A stretch of DNA of 64,000 nucleotides from an uncultured Bacteroidota bacterium. Lineage in GTDB: Bacteria > Bacteroidota > Bacteroidia > Flavobacteriales > Flavobacteriaceae. Below, in pieces: positions 39,323 to 50,600 of this stretch. The notes beneath the pieces were generated by a model. It was not told the origin of the DNA. It searched no databases and worked only from the letters and a program-made list of their open reading frames with translations. Where the stretch lies: NCBI GenBank assembly GCA_902518355.1, contig CABYFY010000003.1:73502-137501 (forward strand), read 5' to 3'. Position 1 is the first letter of the stretch; each line of letters begins with the position of its first letter. The translations under genes were made by a program, and so were the position numbers.

Positions 39323-39330
39323 CAAATATA
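39323..39330 (-). promoter_or_regulatory. candidate -7 promoter element (TATATTTG on the minus strand) for rpsP
   Basis: The plus strand reads CAAATATA, 47 nt upstream of the rpsP ATG. Confidence 0.35.
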
Positions 39331-39401
39331 GTATAAAATTCTAATTCACATACAATTCTTTGATTTTTTTGTATTACATTTACTCAAATCGATATTCTTA
39401 A

Positions 39402-39875
39402 ATGAAAAAAATATTTATCGCATTATCTCTTCTATTAGTTTTTAACTGTGAAGACGATCTCACAAATAAAACGCCTGTATTTCAGGCGACTGTAAATGGT
39501 AATAACCAGTGGATTGCCGAAGATTTTATTGCAACTATTCAAAATAACCAGCTTTCAATTTCTGGCACCAACCCTTTTGGTGTAATATCGTTTGTTGTTA
39601 ACTCTCCAGAAGTAAGCGGATACAATTTTTATAGTTGGACTGATGATTATGCAATTTTTCAAGATACCTTACAGTACTCAACTCAAAACGATGGAATTGG
39701 AAGTATAGCATTTTTAAGCGATGGCTATTTAGATATTCAAGAAATTGACAATGTTAACAATACCATCAGTGGTCATTTTCATTTTGACGCTTACAATGGT
39801 ACTGGACAATATACGATTAATGTTTCTGAAGGAGTTTTCTATAAAATTCCTGTAAATTCTGGAGAACAGGATTAA
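39402..39875 (+). CDS. lipoprotein, unknown function
   Basis: Signal and lipobox LLLVFNC followed by EDD. 157 aa, beta-rich. Confidence 0.6.
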   Translation: MKKIFIALSLLLVFNCEDDLTNKTPVFQATVNGNNQWIAEDFIATIQNNQLSISGTNPFGVISFVVNSPEVSGYNFYSWTDDYAIFQDTLQYSTQNDGIGSIAFLSDGYLDIQEIDNVNNTISGHFHFDAYNGTGQYTINVSEGVFYKIPVNSGEQD

Positions 39876-39889
39876 ACCTATAGTATAGA

Positions 39890-40459
39890 ATGTATTTAAT
39901 TTTTGATACCGAAACCACCGGTTTGCCCAAGAATTGGAGGGCGCCTATTTCAGATACTGAAAATTGGCCTAGATGTGTTCAGTTAGCATGGCAAGTTCAT
40001 GACGAAATAGGTAATCTAATTGAAAGTAAAAGTTATATTATTAAGCCAGATAATTTCGATATCCCCTATGAATCTGAAAAAATTCATGGAATTTCAACTT
40101 TGCTGGCTGAAGCTGAAGGTATCGAACTGGATAGTGTGTTGAATGAATTTAATAATTCAATTTCCAAATCAAAATTCATAATTGGCCATAATGTAAACTT
40201 TGATTTGAATGTAATTGGCTGTGAGTTTTACAGAAGAAATATTATTTCAAGTATCGAATCTACCGATGTTTTAGACACTTGTACAGAACTTACTGCAGAC
40301 TTGTGTAAATTGCCTGGAGGAAGGGGTGGTAAATTTAAATTGCCAACCTTAACCGAATTACATCAATTTCTCTTTGAATCATCTTTTGAAGAAGCACATA
40401 ATGCTTCAGCCGATGTTGAGGCAACTGCCCGTTGTTTTTTAGAGCTGATAAGAATCAAA
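39890..40459 (+). other. DEDDh exonuclease domain fused to DnaE
   Basis: Exo I FDTETTG, Exo II HNVNFDLNVI, Exo III HNASADVEAT. All catalytic residues are present. Confidence 0.85.
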
Positions 40460-43400
40460 AACTTCAAAAAAGAACAGCTTCAGTCGACTGACGATTATTT
40501 TGAAAAGTTCGCTGAAAATAATCCTAGCGTAATAGAAAAAGCGGGAATTAAACACATAAATCTCAAGAAAAAATCTAAAGATTTAAAGAGTAAAATTCAG
40601 CAAAATGAAAATGAGTCTATAGATCAACAAATAATTGATTCAGGCAATATAAATCTTGACGATATTGATTTTACTCATCTTCACAATCATAGCCAATTTT
40701 CCATGCTACAATCAACAATCAAAATCAAAGATTTAGTTGACAAAGCATTTGAATATAATATGAAAGCTGTTGCAATAACAGACTTAGGAAATATGATGGG
40801 AGCATTTAGATTTGTAGATGCAGTAAAGAAGAAAAATAGAGTAATAAGAGAAATAAATGAGAGTTCTGAAGAGAAAAAAAGTTTAATAAAACCAATTATT
40901 GGGTGTGTGTTAAATGTCTGTGAAGATCATTTAAATAAAAATTATAGAGATAATGGATATCAGGTTGTATTTCTTGCTAAAAATAAAAATGGCTACAATA
41001 ACCTTTCAAAATTATCGTCATTAGCTTACACAAAAGGGTTTTATTATGTACCCAGAGTTGATAAAAATTTAGTACTCGAATACAAAGAAGATTTAATTGT
41101 CTTATCTGGTAATTTGTATGGAGAAGTGTCTAATAAAATCCTTAACACTGGAAAAAAAGAAGCAGAAGAATCTTTAATATGGTGGAAAAATAACTTCAAG
41201 GATGATTTCTATCTTGAAGTTAATCGCCATAATCAGGATGATGAGGATACAGTTAATAATGTTTTGCTTGAATTTTCTAAAAAACATGAAGTAAAGCTAG
41301 TTGCAACAAATAATACTTTTTACTTAGACAATTCTAGCGCTGATGCTCACGATATTTTACTTTGTGTAAAGGAAGGAGAAAAACTATCAACTCCTAAAGG
41401 AAGAGGAAGAGGTTTTAGGTTTGGACTACCAAATAATGAGTATTATTTTAAAACTCAAGATCAGATGAAAGAGATATTTGCTGATATTCCAAGCTCACTT
41501 TCAAACACAAACGAGATTGTTTCTAAAATTGAGGCATTTGATTTAACTAATGAGGTTTTATTGCCAAAATTTGAAATCCCTGTAGAATTCGTCAGTCCTA
41601 AAGATGAAGTTGATGGAGGTAAAAGAGGAGAAAATAATTACTTAAGGCATTTGACCTATATAGGTGCAGAAAAGCGTTATGAAAAAATTGATGATGATTT
41701 AAAAGAAAGAATCGAGTTTGAGCTTGATACCATTAAAAATACTGGTTATCCTGGGTATTTTTTAATTGTTGAGGATTTTATAAGAAAGGCTAGAGAAATG
41801 AACGTTTCTGTTGGTCCAGGAAGAGGATCAGCTGCAGGATCAGTAGTCGCATATTGTTTGTGGATTACAAATATTGATCCTATAAAATATGATTTACTTT
41901 TTGAAAGATTTCTAAATCCAGAAAGGGTTAGTATGCCTGATATTGATATTGATTTTGATGATGTTGGACGAAATAAAGTTATTAATTACGTAATAGATAA
42001 ATATGGCGAAAATCAGGTTGCTCAAATAATTACTTATGGTACTATGGCTGCTAAATCTTCTATTAGAGATACCGCAAGAGTTTTAGATTTACCTCTTGGT
42101 GATGCGGATAGAATTGCGAAGTTGGTGCCAAATATGACAAAACTTAGTTCAATTTTTGAAACTGATCACAAAGAACTAAGAAATAAATTTAGGGCTGATG
42201 ATTTAGATAAAATAAATCAGTTATTAAGTATATCACAGTCTGACAATCTTGAATCTGAAACCATTAAACAGGCTAGATTACTTGAAGGATCATTAAGAAA
42301 TACAGGAATCCATGCTTGTGGGGTAATTATAACACCTGATGATATAAAAAATTTCGTTCCAATTGCAACGGCAAAAGATTCCGACTTATTTGTTACCCAA
42401 TTTGATAATGCCGTCGTTGAACAAGCGGGATTACTTAAAATGGATTTTTTAGGTCTTAAAACCTTAACCCTCATAAAGGATACAGTCAAAATTGTTAAAG
42501 CTAAATACGGAATTGATTTAGATCCAGATAATTTTCCTATTGACGATAAGAAAACCTTCGAATTATTTCAAAGAGGAGAAACTGTAGGTATTTTTCAATA
42601 TGAATCACCTGGTATGCAAAAACACCTTAAAGATCTAAAACCTTCTGTTTTTGAGGATTTAATTGCAATGAATGCTTTATATAGGCCAGGACCAATGGAA
42701 TATATTCCAAGTTTTATTAGAAGAAAGCATGGAGATGAAAAAATTGTCTATGATTTACCCGAAATGGAAGAATATTTAAAGGATACTTATGGCATAACCG
42801 TATATCAAGAGCAAGTAATGCTCTTGTCTCAAAAAATTGGAAATTTCTCAAAAGGTGAAGCGGATATACTCAGAAAAGCGATGGGTAAAAAACAAAAAGA
42901 TGTTCTGGATAAAATGAAGCCTAAGTTTTTAAAGAATTCTGAAAAGAAGGGTTTTAAAATCGAAAAGGTTGAAAAGATATGGAAAGATTGGGAGGCTTTT
43001 GCAAGCTATGCCTTTAACAAATCTCATTCAACATGCTATGCTTGGATTGCATATCAGACCGCATTTCTAAAGGCTAATTATCCTGCCGAATACATGGCCT
43101 CAGTATTATCTAATAATATGAACGACATAAAAAATGTAACATTTTTTATGGGTGAATGTAAGAGAATGAAATTAGAAGTTTTGGGACCAGATTTGAATGA
43201 ATCTTATTATAAGTTTTCTGTAAACAAAGATAATGCAATTCGCTTCGGAATGGGGGCGATAAAAGGGGTTGGAGCTTCAGCAGTTAAAGCAATAGTAAGT
43301 GAGAGAAAAAGCAATGGTCCTTACAAATCAATATTCGATCTATGCCAAAGGGTCGATCTGAGAGCCGCTAATAAAAAAGCTTTTGACAGTTTGGCTGCAG

Positions 43401-44257
43401 CTGGAGCGTTTGATTCCTTTGATATTAACAGGTCACAATATTTTCATGATAATGGTGATGGAATTACATTTATTGAGAAATTATTGAGACATGGAAACAA
43501 ATTTCAAGAAAATAAAAACTCATCTCAGGTTAGTCTTTTTGCTGGAACAAATGATTTACAAGTTTCAAATCCGTCCATTCCTGAAGTTGAACCATGGCCA
43601 ACTATAGAAAAGTTAACAAAAGAAAAAGAGGTCGTTGGTATTTATATTTCTGGTCATCCACTAGATGATTTTAAAGTTGAAATGGAGTCGTTTTGCAACG
43701 GAGATGTGAGTGTATTTAAGTCTCTAAAAGACTTTGTTAATAAGGAAATTACTGTTGCGGGTGTTATCACTGAAGTTGAACACAGAGTTAGCAGACAAGG
43801 AAAAGGCTGGGCATTTTTTGTATTAGAGGATTATGTTGATTCATATAATTTTAGAATTTTTGGAGAAGAATATCTTAAGTTTAAACATTTTTTAACCTTG
43901 AATAATTTCCTTCACATCAAAACCAAGATTGTTGAAGGATGGCTAAATAAGGAAACTGGAGTTAGAGGAGAGCCAAGAATTCAGTACACAAACTTCAAAT
44001 TATTACAGGATGTGGTTAAGACATTTGCAAAAAAATTATCAATTCAACTTAAATTGGATGATATCAAAAATGAAAAAATAAGCTCAATAAAATACCTCTT
44101 AAGTCAACATGACGGAACACATAATTTGAGTTTTGTTGTGTATGATGATGAAGAAAAAATTATGGTTGAGATGGATAGTGAAAAACAAAAAGTAAATATT
44201 TCACCTAAACTTCTAAGCGAACTTGAAGGAAAAAATATTTTTTACAAATTAAATTAG
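39890..44257 (+). CDS. dnaE: DNA polymerase III alpha subunit with an N-terminal DnaQ-like 3'-5' exonuclease domain
   Basis: PHP domain start FTHLHNHSQFS, polymerase core (GPGRGSAAGS, MPDIDIDF), and an OB-fold C-terminus. The first ~190 aa carry Exo I-III motifs. Confidence 0.96.
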   Translation: MYLIFDTETTGLPKNWRAPISDTENWPRCVQLAWQVHDEIGNLIESKSYIIKPDNFDIPYESEKIHGISTLLAEAEGIELDSVLNEFNNSISKSKFIIGHNVNFDLNVIGCEFYRRNIISSIESTDVLDTCTELTADLCKLPGGRGGKFKLPTLTELHQFLFESSFEEAHNASADVEATARCFLELIRIKNFKKEQLQSTDDYFEKFAENNPSVIEKAGIKHINLKKKSKDLKSKIQQNENESIDQQIIDSGNINLDDIDFTHLHNHSQFSMLQSTIKIKDLVDKAFEYNMKAVAITDLGNMMGAFRFVDAVKKKNRVIREINESSEEKKSLIKPIIGCVLNVCEDHLNKNYRDNGYQVVFLAKNKNGYNNLSKLSSLAYTKGFYYVPRVDKNLVLEYKEDLIVLSGNLYGEVSNKILNTGKKEAEESLIWWKNNFKDDFYLEVNRHNQDDEDTVNNVLLEFSKKHEVKLVATNNTFYLDNSSADAHDILLCVKEGEKLSTPKGRGRGFRFGLPNNEYYFKTQDQMKEIFADIPSSLSNTNEIVSKIEAFDLTNEVLLPKFEIPVEFVSPKDEVDGGKRGENNYLRHLTYIGAEKRYEKIDDDLKERIEFELDTIKNTGYPGYFLIVEDFIRKAREMNVSVGPGRGSAAGSVVAYCLWITNIDPIKYDLLFERFLNPERVSMPDIDIDFDDVGRNKVINYVIDKYGENQVAQIITYGTMAAKSSIRDTARVLDLPLGDADRIAKLVPNMTKLSSIFETDHKELRNKFRADDLDKINQLLSISQSDNLESETIKQARLLEGSLRNTGIHACGVIITPDDIKNFVPIATAKDSDLFVTQFDNAVVEQAGLLKMDFLGLKTLTLIKDTVKIVKAKYGIDLDPDNFPIDDKKTFELFQRGETVGIFQYESPGMQKHLKDLKPSVFEDLIAMNALYRPGPMEYIPSFIRRKHGDEKIVYDLPEMEEYLKDTYGITVYQEQVMLLSQKIGNFSKGEADILRKAMGKKQKDVLDKMKPKFLKNSEKKGFKIEKVEKIWKDWEAFASYAFNKSHSTCYAWIAYQTAFLKANYPAEYMASVLSNNMNDIKNVTFFMGECKRMKLEVLGPDLNESYYKFSVNKDNAIRFGMGAIKGVGASAVKAIVSERKSNGPYKSIFDLCQRVDLRAANKKAFDSLAAAGAFDSFDINRSQYFHDNGDGITFIEKLLRHGNKFQENKNSSQVSLFAGTNDLQVSNPSIPEVEPWPTIEKLTKEKEVVGIYISGHPLDDFKVEMESFCNGDVSVFKSLKDFVNKEITVAGVITEVEHRVSRQGKGWAFFVLEDYVDSYNFRIFGEEYLKFKHFLTLNNFLHIKTKIVEGWLNKETGVRGEPRIQYTNFKLLQDVVKTFAKKLSIQLKLDDIKNEKISSIKYLLSQHDGTHNLSFVVYDDEEKIMVEMDSEKQKVNISPKLLSELEGKNIFYKLN

Positions 44258-44267
44258 AGAAAATACT

Positions 44268-44275
44268 TATTTTTG
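44268..44275 (+). promoter_or_regulatory. candidate -7 promoter element (TAnnTTTG) for trxA
   Basis: TATTTTTG, 21 nt upstream of the trxA ATG. Confidence 0.4.
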
Positions 44276-44295
44276 AGCTTTAAAAATATATAATT

Positions 44296-44613
44296 ATGGC
44301 ATTAGAGATTACAGATAGCAATTTTGAAGAAACAGTATTAAAAAGTGATAAGCCAGTATTGGTTGATTTTTGGGCAGCTTGGTGTGGGCCTTGTAGAATG
44401 GTTGGTCCAATTATAGATGAACTAAGTGAGGAATATGAGGGGAAGGCTGTCGTAGGAAAAGTTGATATCGACTCAAATCAACAATATGCCGCTCAATTTG
44501 GCGTAAGAAACATCCCAACAGTTCTTGTATTTAAGAACGGTGAACTTGTTGACAGAAAAGTAGGAGTTTCTTCCAAAAATGACTACGCTCAAGCTTTAGA
44601 TAGTCTTATCTAA
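44296..44613 (+). CDS. trxA: thioredoxin
   Basis: 105 aa, active site WAAWCGPCR. Confidence 0.96.
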   Translation: MALEITDSNFEETVLKSDKPVLVDFWAAWCGPCRMVGPIIDELSEEYEGKAVVGKVDIDSNQQYAAQFGVRNIPTVLVFKNGELVDRKVGVSSKNDYAQALDSLI

Positions 44614-44624
44614 AAAAAATCCTA

Positions 44625-44632
44625 TATATTTG
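44625..44632 (+). promoter_or_regulatory. candidate -7 promoter element (TAnnTTTG) for the giant adhesin gene
   Basis: TATATTTG, 18 nt upstream of ATG 44650. Confidence 0.4.
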
Positions 44633-44649
44633 TAGGCTAACTAAAGACC

Positions 44650-47600
44650 ATGAAGAGAATAAGGCTGACCATATTATTCATGTTTTTTTGTATGCTCTCG
44701 TTTTCGCAGGGCATTGATATCGTTAGTTTTAATAGTTCCAATGAGTATTGTCCTGGAGGAGGTGTTTCATTACATATAAACCCAACAGGAATTTTTACTT
44801 TCGAAAATGCTGGAAATTTACAAGATTCAGCAAATAATTCTTTTATACTTGAAATTTCTGGTCCAGGCGGTGATTGGTCAAATCCTACAATACTTAATAC
44901 AGTTTATGATTTCTACACTCCTTTAATCAACGGAACACTACCTGCTGGTCTAGCGTCAGGAGATTATTTACTTAGGGTAAGATCTACACAACCAGCTATT
45001 ACCAGTGCCTCAACTTCCTCATTCACTGTTGGAGATTGTGATGCATCTGAAATCTCAGAAATACCATCTGTTACAACAAATATGGATTCAAACTCAAACT
45101 TCACACAATGTTTGAATGATGAGGCAAACGTAATTAATCCATTTATTGGTTCGATGAATCAAAACTATAACTCACTTTCTGGAAGTATGCCATCGAGTTA
45201 TCAGTTTTTTACAGTAGATCCAACAAATTCAAATAATACTATTTCTGTAGAACTTATTGATGTTTTAAATGGAACAACAACTACAGTTTCTGCAATTTCT
45301 GGAAATATATATCAGATTCCAGCAGATTTACCTGTTGGAACCTACAATTTTGAGGTAACCGAAACTGATTCTTCAGGAAATGTAAGTGTGTTTGCTTACA
45401 CATTTTTATTTCATACAAGTGCAACAATTTTTGGAAATGCCTCATCTGAGACTGTTTGTGTTGGAGAAGAAGTAACCTTTACTGTTGATATCTCAAATTT
45501 AGGTATTGGAAGTAACTACATGGGTTCCTACTACATTATTAATTTTGGAGATGGTTCAGCTCCACTTGTTTACACACAGGCTGAGCTTTTAGATTTATAT
45601 ACAGATCCTGTAGATCCGATTACTCACGTATTCGATCAGCCATCTTGTAATGCTAACGGAAGTAGTAGTTTTATTGTATCTAAAAAACTTTACAACAAAG
45701 GATTGGTAAATTCTTCAAATGACCCACAGTGTGGTTCTTACACCCAAAATGGACTTGGAGCCTCAAAAGAAATTGCTACTGCCGAATCTCCTCAAGCTCA
45801 GTTTAACTTAAATCCTGAGCAATGTATTAGTGAAGATATAGAAGCGATAAATACTACTATTCCAGGTTCATATCCAACCAGTAGTGGTGCATGTGCGGGT
45901 GAAGTGAATTATGATTGGCAAGTAAAAAAGCCAAGTTTCTCTGATTTTTTACCTGTTTCATTATTAAATCCATCATGGGTAGTTGGTGATGATTTATTAA
46001 TTCCTGCCTCAGATGTAGATGAGGTTGGATGTTGGGAAATAAAATTAATAGCTGTAAATCCGGCTGCATGTTTGGCTGAATCCGTTTACGCTGATACTAT
46101 AAATATAGAAGATATTCCTGATGCAGATTTTAACGATATTGGTGATATATGTCAAAACGAACAGATTACGTTGACAGATGCATCAAATATTATTTTTGCT
46201 GAGTGTGATCCTACACTACCAAACGAAACGCCAACATATGCATGGACTGTATCTCCAAATTCTGGATATGTTCTAGGAAATGATATTGACGGAAATCCAA
46301 CATCATTAAATAGTCAAAACCCTGTTATTACATTCACTGAGGTTGGTACTTACACGGTTGATTTGACTGTCACAACTGAGTGTGGATCGGATACTCATTC
46401 TGAAACTTTTGATGTTTTAGGAAATCCAACGGTTGCTTTCCCGATTGCATCTCAAACATATTGTTCAACCAATACTCTTTTGGTTGATTTTGAAAATCAA
46501 ATTACTCCGACATATTCAACTGGTTTCTCTGCTCCAACTGATTATGTTTGGACTGTATCCGGTTCTGGAATTACTAATTCTGATTATACGTTTGTGAATG
46601 GAACTACAAATTCTGACGAATTCCCAACGATACAATTAAACTCATTTGGAACCTATAATATTACTGTTACGGTTGGTTCAAATTGTGATAACCCTGCATC
46701 CGATACTGTTGTAATTACATTGAGTCAAACTCCAACGATTACAAACACCGTTACATCTCAAGAAGTTTGTTCTGATGATGCTTCCATTCAGTTTGATTTT
46801 ACTTCTGATGTTGCTGGAACCACCTACTCTTGGGTAGCAATTGAAAATACAAACTTAACAGGATATACTGAAAGTGGTACAACTGCTTTTATTCCTTCTC
46901 AGACAATAACAAATACTACCAATTCAGATCAAGATTTGGTATATACTATAACACCTATCGCAGACGGATGTGCTGGTACACCATTTGAATACACGTTTAC
47001 CATTCAGCCAAAACCATTGATTGCTGACAAAGATGAAACAATTTGTAATGGTGAAACATTTAATATTCAACCGACTGATGATTCTCCAACTGAGATAGTT
47101 CCTGCTGGAACAACTTACAGCTGGTCAACACCGGTAAGTAATCCAGTTGGTGCAATTACCGGTGGATCTGAGGCAGCATCTCAAGCTTCAATTAGTCAAA
47201 CATTGACAAATTCAACCGATAATCCAGCAACATTAACGTACAATGTTCAACCAGAATTTAACGGATGTAAAGGTGATTCATTTGTTGTAACTGTGACTGT
47301 TAATCCAACAATCGAAACTGACCCTATTGATGATCAGATTTTATGTAATGGAGATGACACCGAAGATGTAAGCTTTTCTAGTACAAATTTTAACGATGAG
47401 GATTCAGAAAGTTTAATTACTCAATCTGTTCTTACAATTACCTCTCCGAGCATACAAACTTTTAGCACTGTTGTAGGAACTCAGTACCGACTTGAGATTT
47501 CAGGAAGTGGATCAGTCGCGGGCGGATCTGCAGGAGGTTTAATTGATGCTGCATTCTTTACCAGCAATGGAACTCCAAGGGATCCGTTATGTGATGACTC

Positions 47601-50600
47601 ACTGTATACATCTCTGTTTTGCGATACGCCTGGATTACGACCAACTCCGGATATTTATGATGAAGAAAATCATACATATTCGTATCCATTTACTGCTACT
47701 TCCAATTCAATATATGTTGGTTTTACCGACTTTGGTCCATATTCAGATAACTCTGGATCTTTCATTATCAGCTTATACGAAATTTCTAGTGCCTCTGAAG
47801 GTCAAGTCTCCTACAATTGGGTAAATGACAATACAAGTGTAGGTCTTGCTGCTTCTGGATCTGGAAATATTCCAAGTTTTACTGCTACAAATTCAACAAC
47901 AGGACCAATAACAGCAAATATTACTGTTACCTCAGTATATACCTTGAATGATGTTAGTTGTGAGGGTGAATCAGAGACATTCTCAATTACTGTCAATCCT
48001 TCTCCTCTGGTAGAATTCTCAGAGGACAATCAATTTATTACAAGTGGAGATACAACTGTTCCAGTTAACTTGTCAAGTCCAACAGATGGAGTTACATTCA
48101 CATGGACTGCAACAGCTGAAGATGGTATTACTGGTTTAACCACAACATCAGGATCAGATACAATTCCAGCTGAAACATTATTTAACACAACTACAGAGCC
48201 GCTAACTGTAACCTACACCGCAATTGCTACAGGAGATGTAGGATTTGATTGTGAAGGATTACCCACGGATTACGTTGTAACTGTTAATCCACTAGCTCAA
48301 GTAAATCCTGTTGAAGATCAGGTAGTGTGTAACGAAGAAAATCTTTTAATTGAATTTACTACTAATATTACTGGTGGTACAATGACATATACATGGACTA
48401 ATGATAACTCTGAAATTGGTCTTTCAAATGCGGGTACTGGAAACATTGATATCACAGCTACAAACACTACTGATGCTCCAATTTCAGGAACTATAGTAGT
48501 AACCCCAAGTTTTGAAAATGGAGGGGATATAAATGTTGGAGACCCTATTACATTTGAAATTACTGTTAATCCAACAGGTCAGGTTAATTCTGTTGGAAAT
48601 CAAATTGTTTCTAACGGATTTGACACATCATTAGTAGAATTCTCTACAACAAATGTTAACGGTACAACAACATTTAGTTGGACAAATGATTTAACCACAA
48701 TTGGATTAGCTGCATCCGGAACTGGAGATATTCCAGCCTTTACAGCGATTAATACAGGAACAAGTCCTGTTATTGCGACAATCACTGTAACACCAACATT
48801 TGAAAATGGAGGTGTAAGTTGTACTGGTCCAGCAACTCCGTTTGAAATAACAGTTAATCCAACAGCACAAGTAAATCCAACAGTAGATATGGTTGTTACT
48901 GATGGTGATGATATTGATATACCTTTCTCAACAATTAATACAGGAGGAACTTCAACATATACTTGGACTAATACAGATCCAACTACAGGTTTAACCAATA
49001 CTGGATCAAGTGATATTGGCTTTACTGCGGTAAATACTGGCACAAGCCCGATTACAACTACAGTAGTTGTTACACCAACATTTGAAAACGGTGGCAATAG
49101 TAATTCGGGACCTACGGATACTTTTATTATCACAGTAAATCCAACTGCTCAAATTGATCCAATTGACAGTTTAGTATTTTGTGATGAAGATGTTATTGAT
49201 CCAATAGTATTTACTACTCAAAACACCGGAGGTACAACGACCTATACTTGGACAAATGATAATACATCAATTGGTTTAGCTGCTAGTGGTAGTGGTACTA
49301 TTTCTGCTTTCACCGCTCTAAACTCATCTAATCAAACTCAGGTTGCAAATATTGTTGTAATACCAACTTTTGAAAGTGGTGGCGTAAGTAATACAGGAGA
49401 GTCAGAATCATTCACGATAACGGTTAATCCAACTGCTCAAGTTGAGTCAATAACAGATTTAGTATTCTGTGATGAAGATATTACAGACGAAATTGTCTTT
49501 GTTACAGAAAATACAGACGGAGTAACTGCATATTCTTGGACAAATGATAATACTAATATTGGATTAGCTGCCAGTGGTGATGGAAATATACCATCATTTG
49601 CCTCTGTTAATACTTCATTTGCATCCATAGTTTCAAATATTACCGTCACACCATCTTATACAAATAACGGAATTACTTGTGTTGGACCATCAGAGTCGTT
49701 TACTATTACGGTTAATCCAACAGCTCAAGTTGAAGAAATTTCAAGTCAGATTTTATGTGCTGGAGAAACTTCTGAAGCAATTTCCTTTGCTACTTTAAAC
49801 ACAGATGGCGTAACATCTTATTCTTGGACAAACGATAATACTACCATTGGTTTATCTGCTTCGGGTAGCGGAAATATTTCTGCCTTTACCGTTTCTAATC
49901 CATTTAATAATGCAATTGTTTCAAATATTACAGTTACTCCAACTTACACAAATAACGGAATTAGCTGTGATGGTCCGTCTGAAACTTTCACCATAATAGT
50001 TAATCCTACGGCTCAAGTTGATGCTATTATTGATCAGGTATTGTGTAATGGTGAATCAACTGAATCAGTTTTATTTACAACCACGAATACTGACGGTGCT
50101 ACGACTTATAATTGGACTAATGACAATACAACTATCGGATTGCCGATTGCTGGAGGAACTGGTGATATTGGAGGTTTTGTTGTAACAAATGAAACATCTG
50201 AATCACAGACAGCCACTTTTGTGGTAACTCCAATTTATACAAATGCCGGCGTAAGTTGTGAGGGACAAACTGAAACATTTTCTATAACTGTTAATCCAAC
50301 TGCACAAGTTAATGCAATTGAAGATCAAGACTTGTGTGAAGGAGAAGTGACCGCTCCAATTGAATTTACTACAACAAATACTGATGGAATAACAACATAT
50401 GAATGGACAAATACTAATCCTCTAATTGGATTAGCTGATAGTGGAATTGGCAATATTCCAAGTTTTGAAGTTTTAAACGATGCTGCCAACTCTCAAAATG
50501 CAATTATAACTGTTATACCTACATACACTAACAATGGAGTTGAGTGTACAGGACCCTCTGAAACATTTGTTCTTACGGTAAATCCAGGGGCTCAAGTAAA

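Noticed and set aside
48600-49133. 177-aa antisense ORF, plus several other antisense or alternative-frame ORFs (45857..46069, 47543..47824, 47811..48029, 49437..49649, 51105..51362), all inside the giant adhesin gene.
   Set aside because: They lie wholly within a 7.8-kb sense ORF that has clear domain structure. Their translations are low-complexity Val/Thr/Pro/Gly mirror images of the Thr/Asn/Gly-rich repeats. There are no start context or motifs. They are shadow ORFs caused by codon bias.
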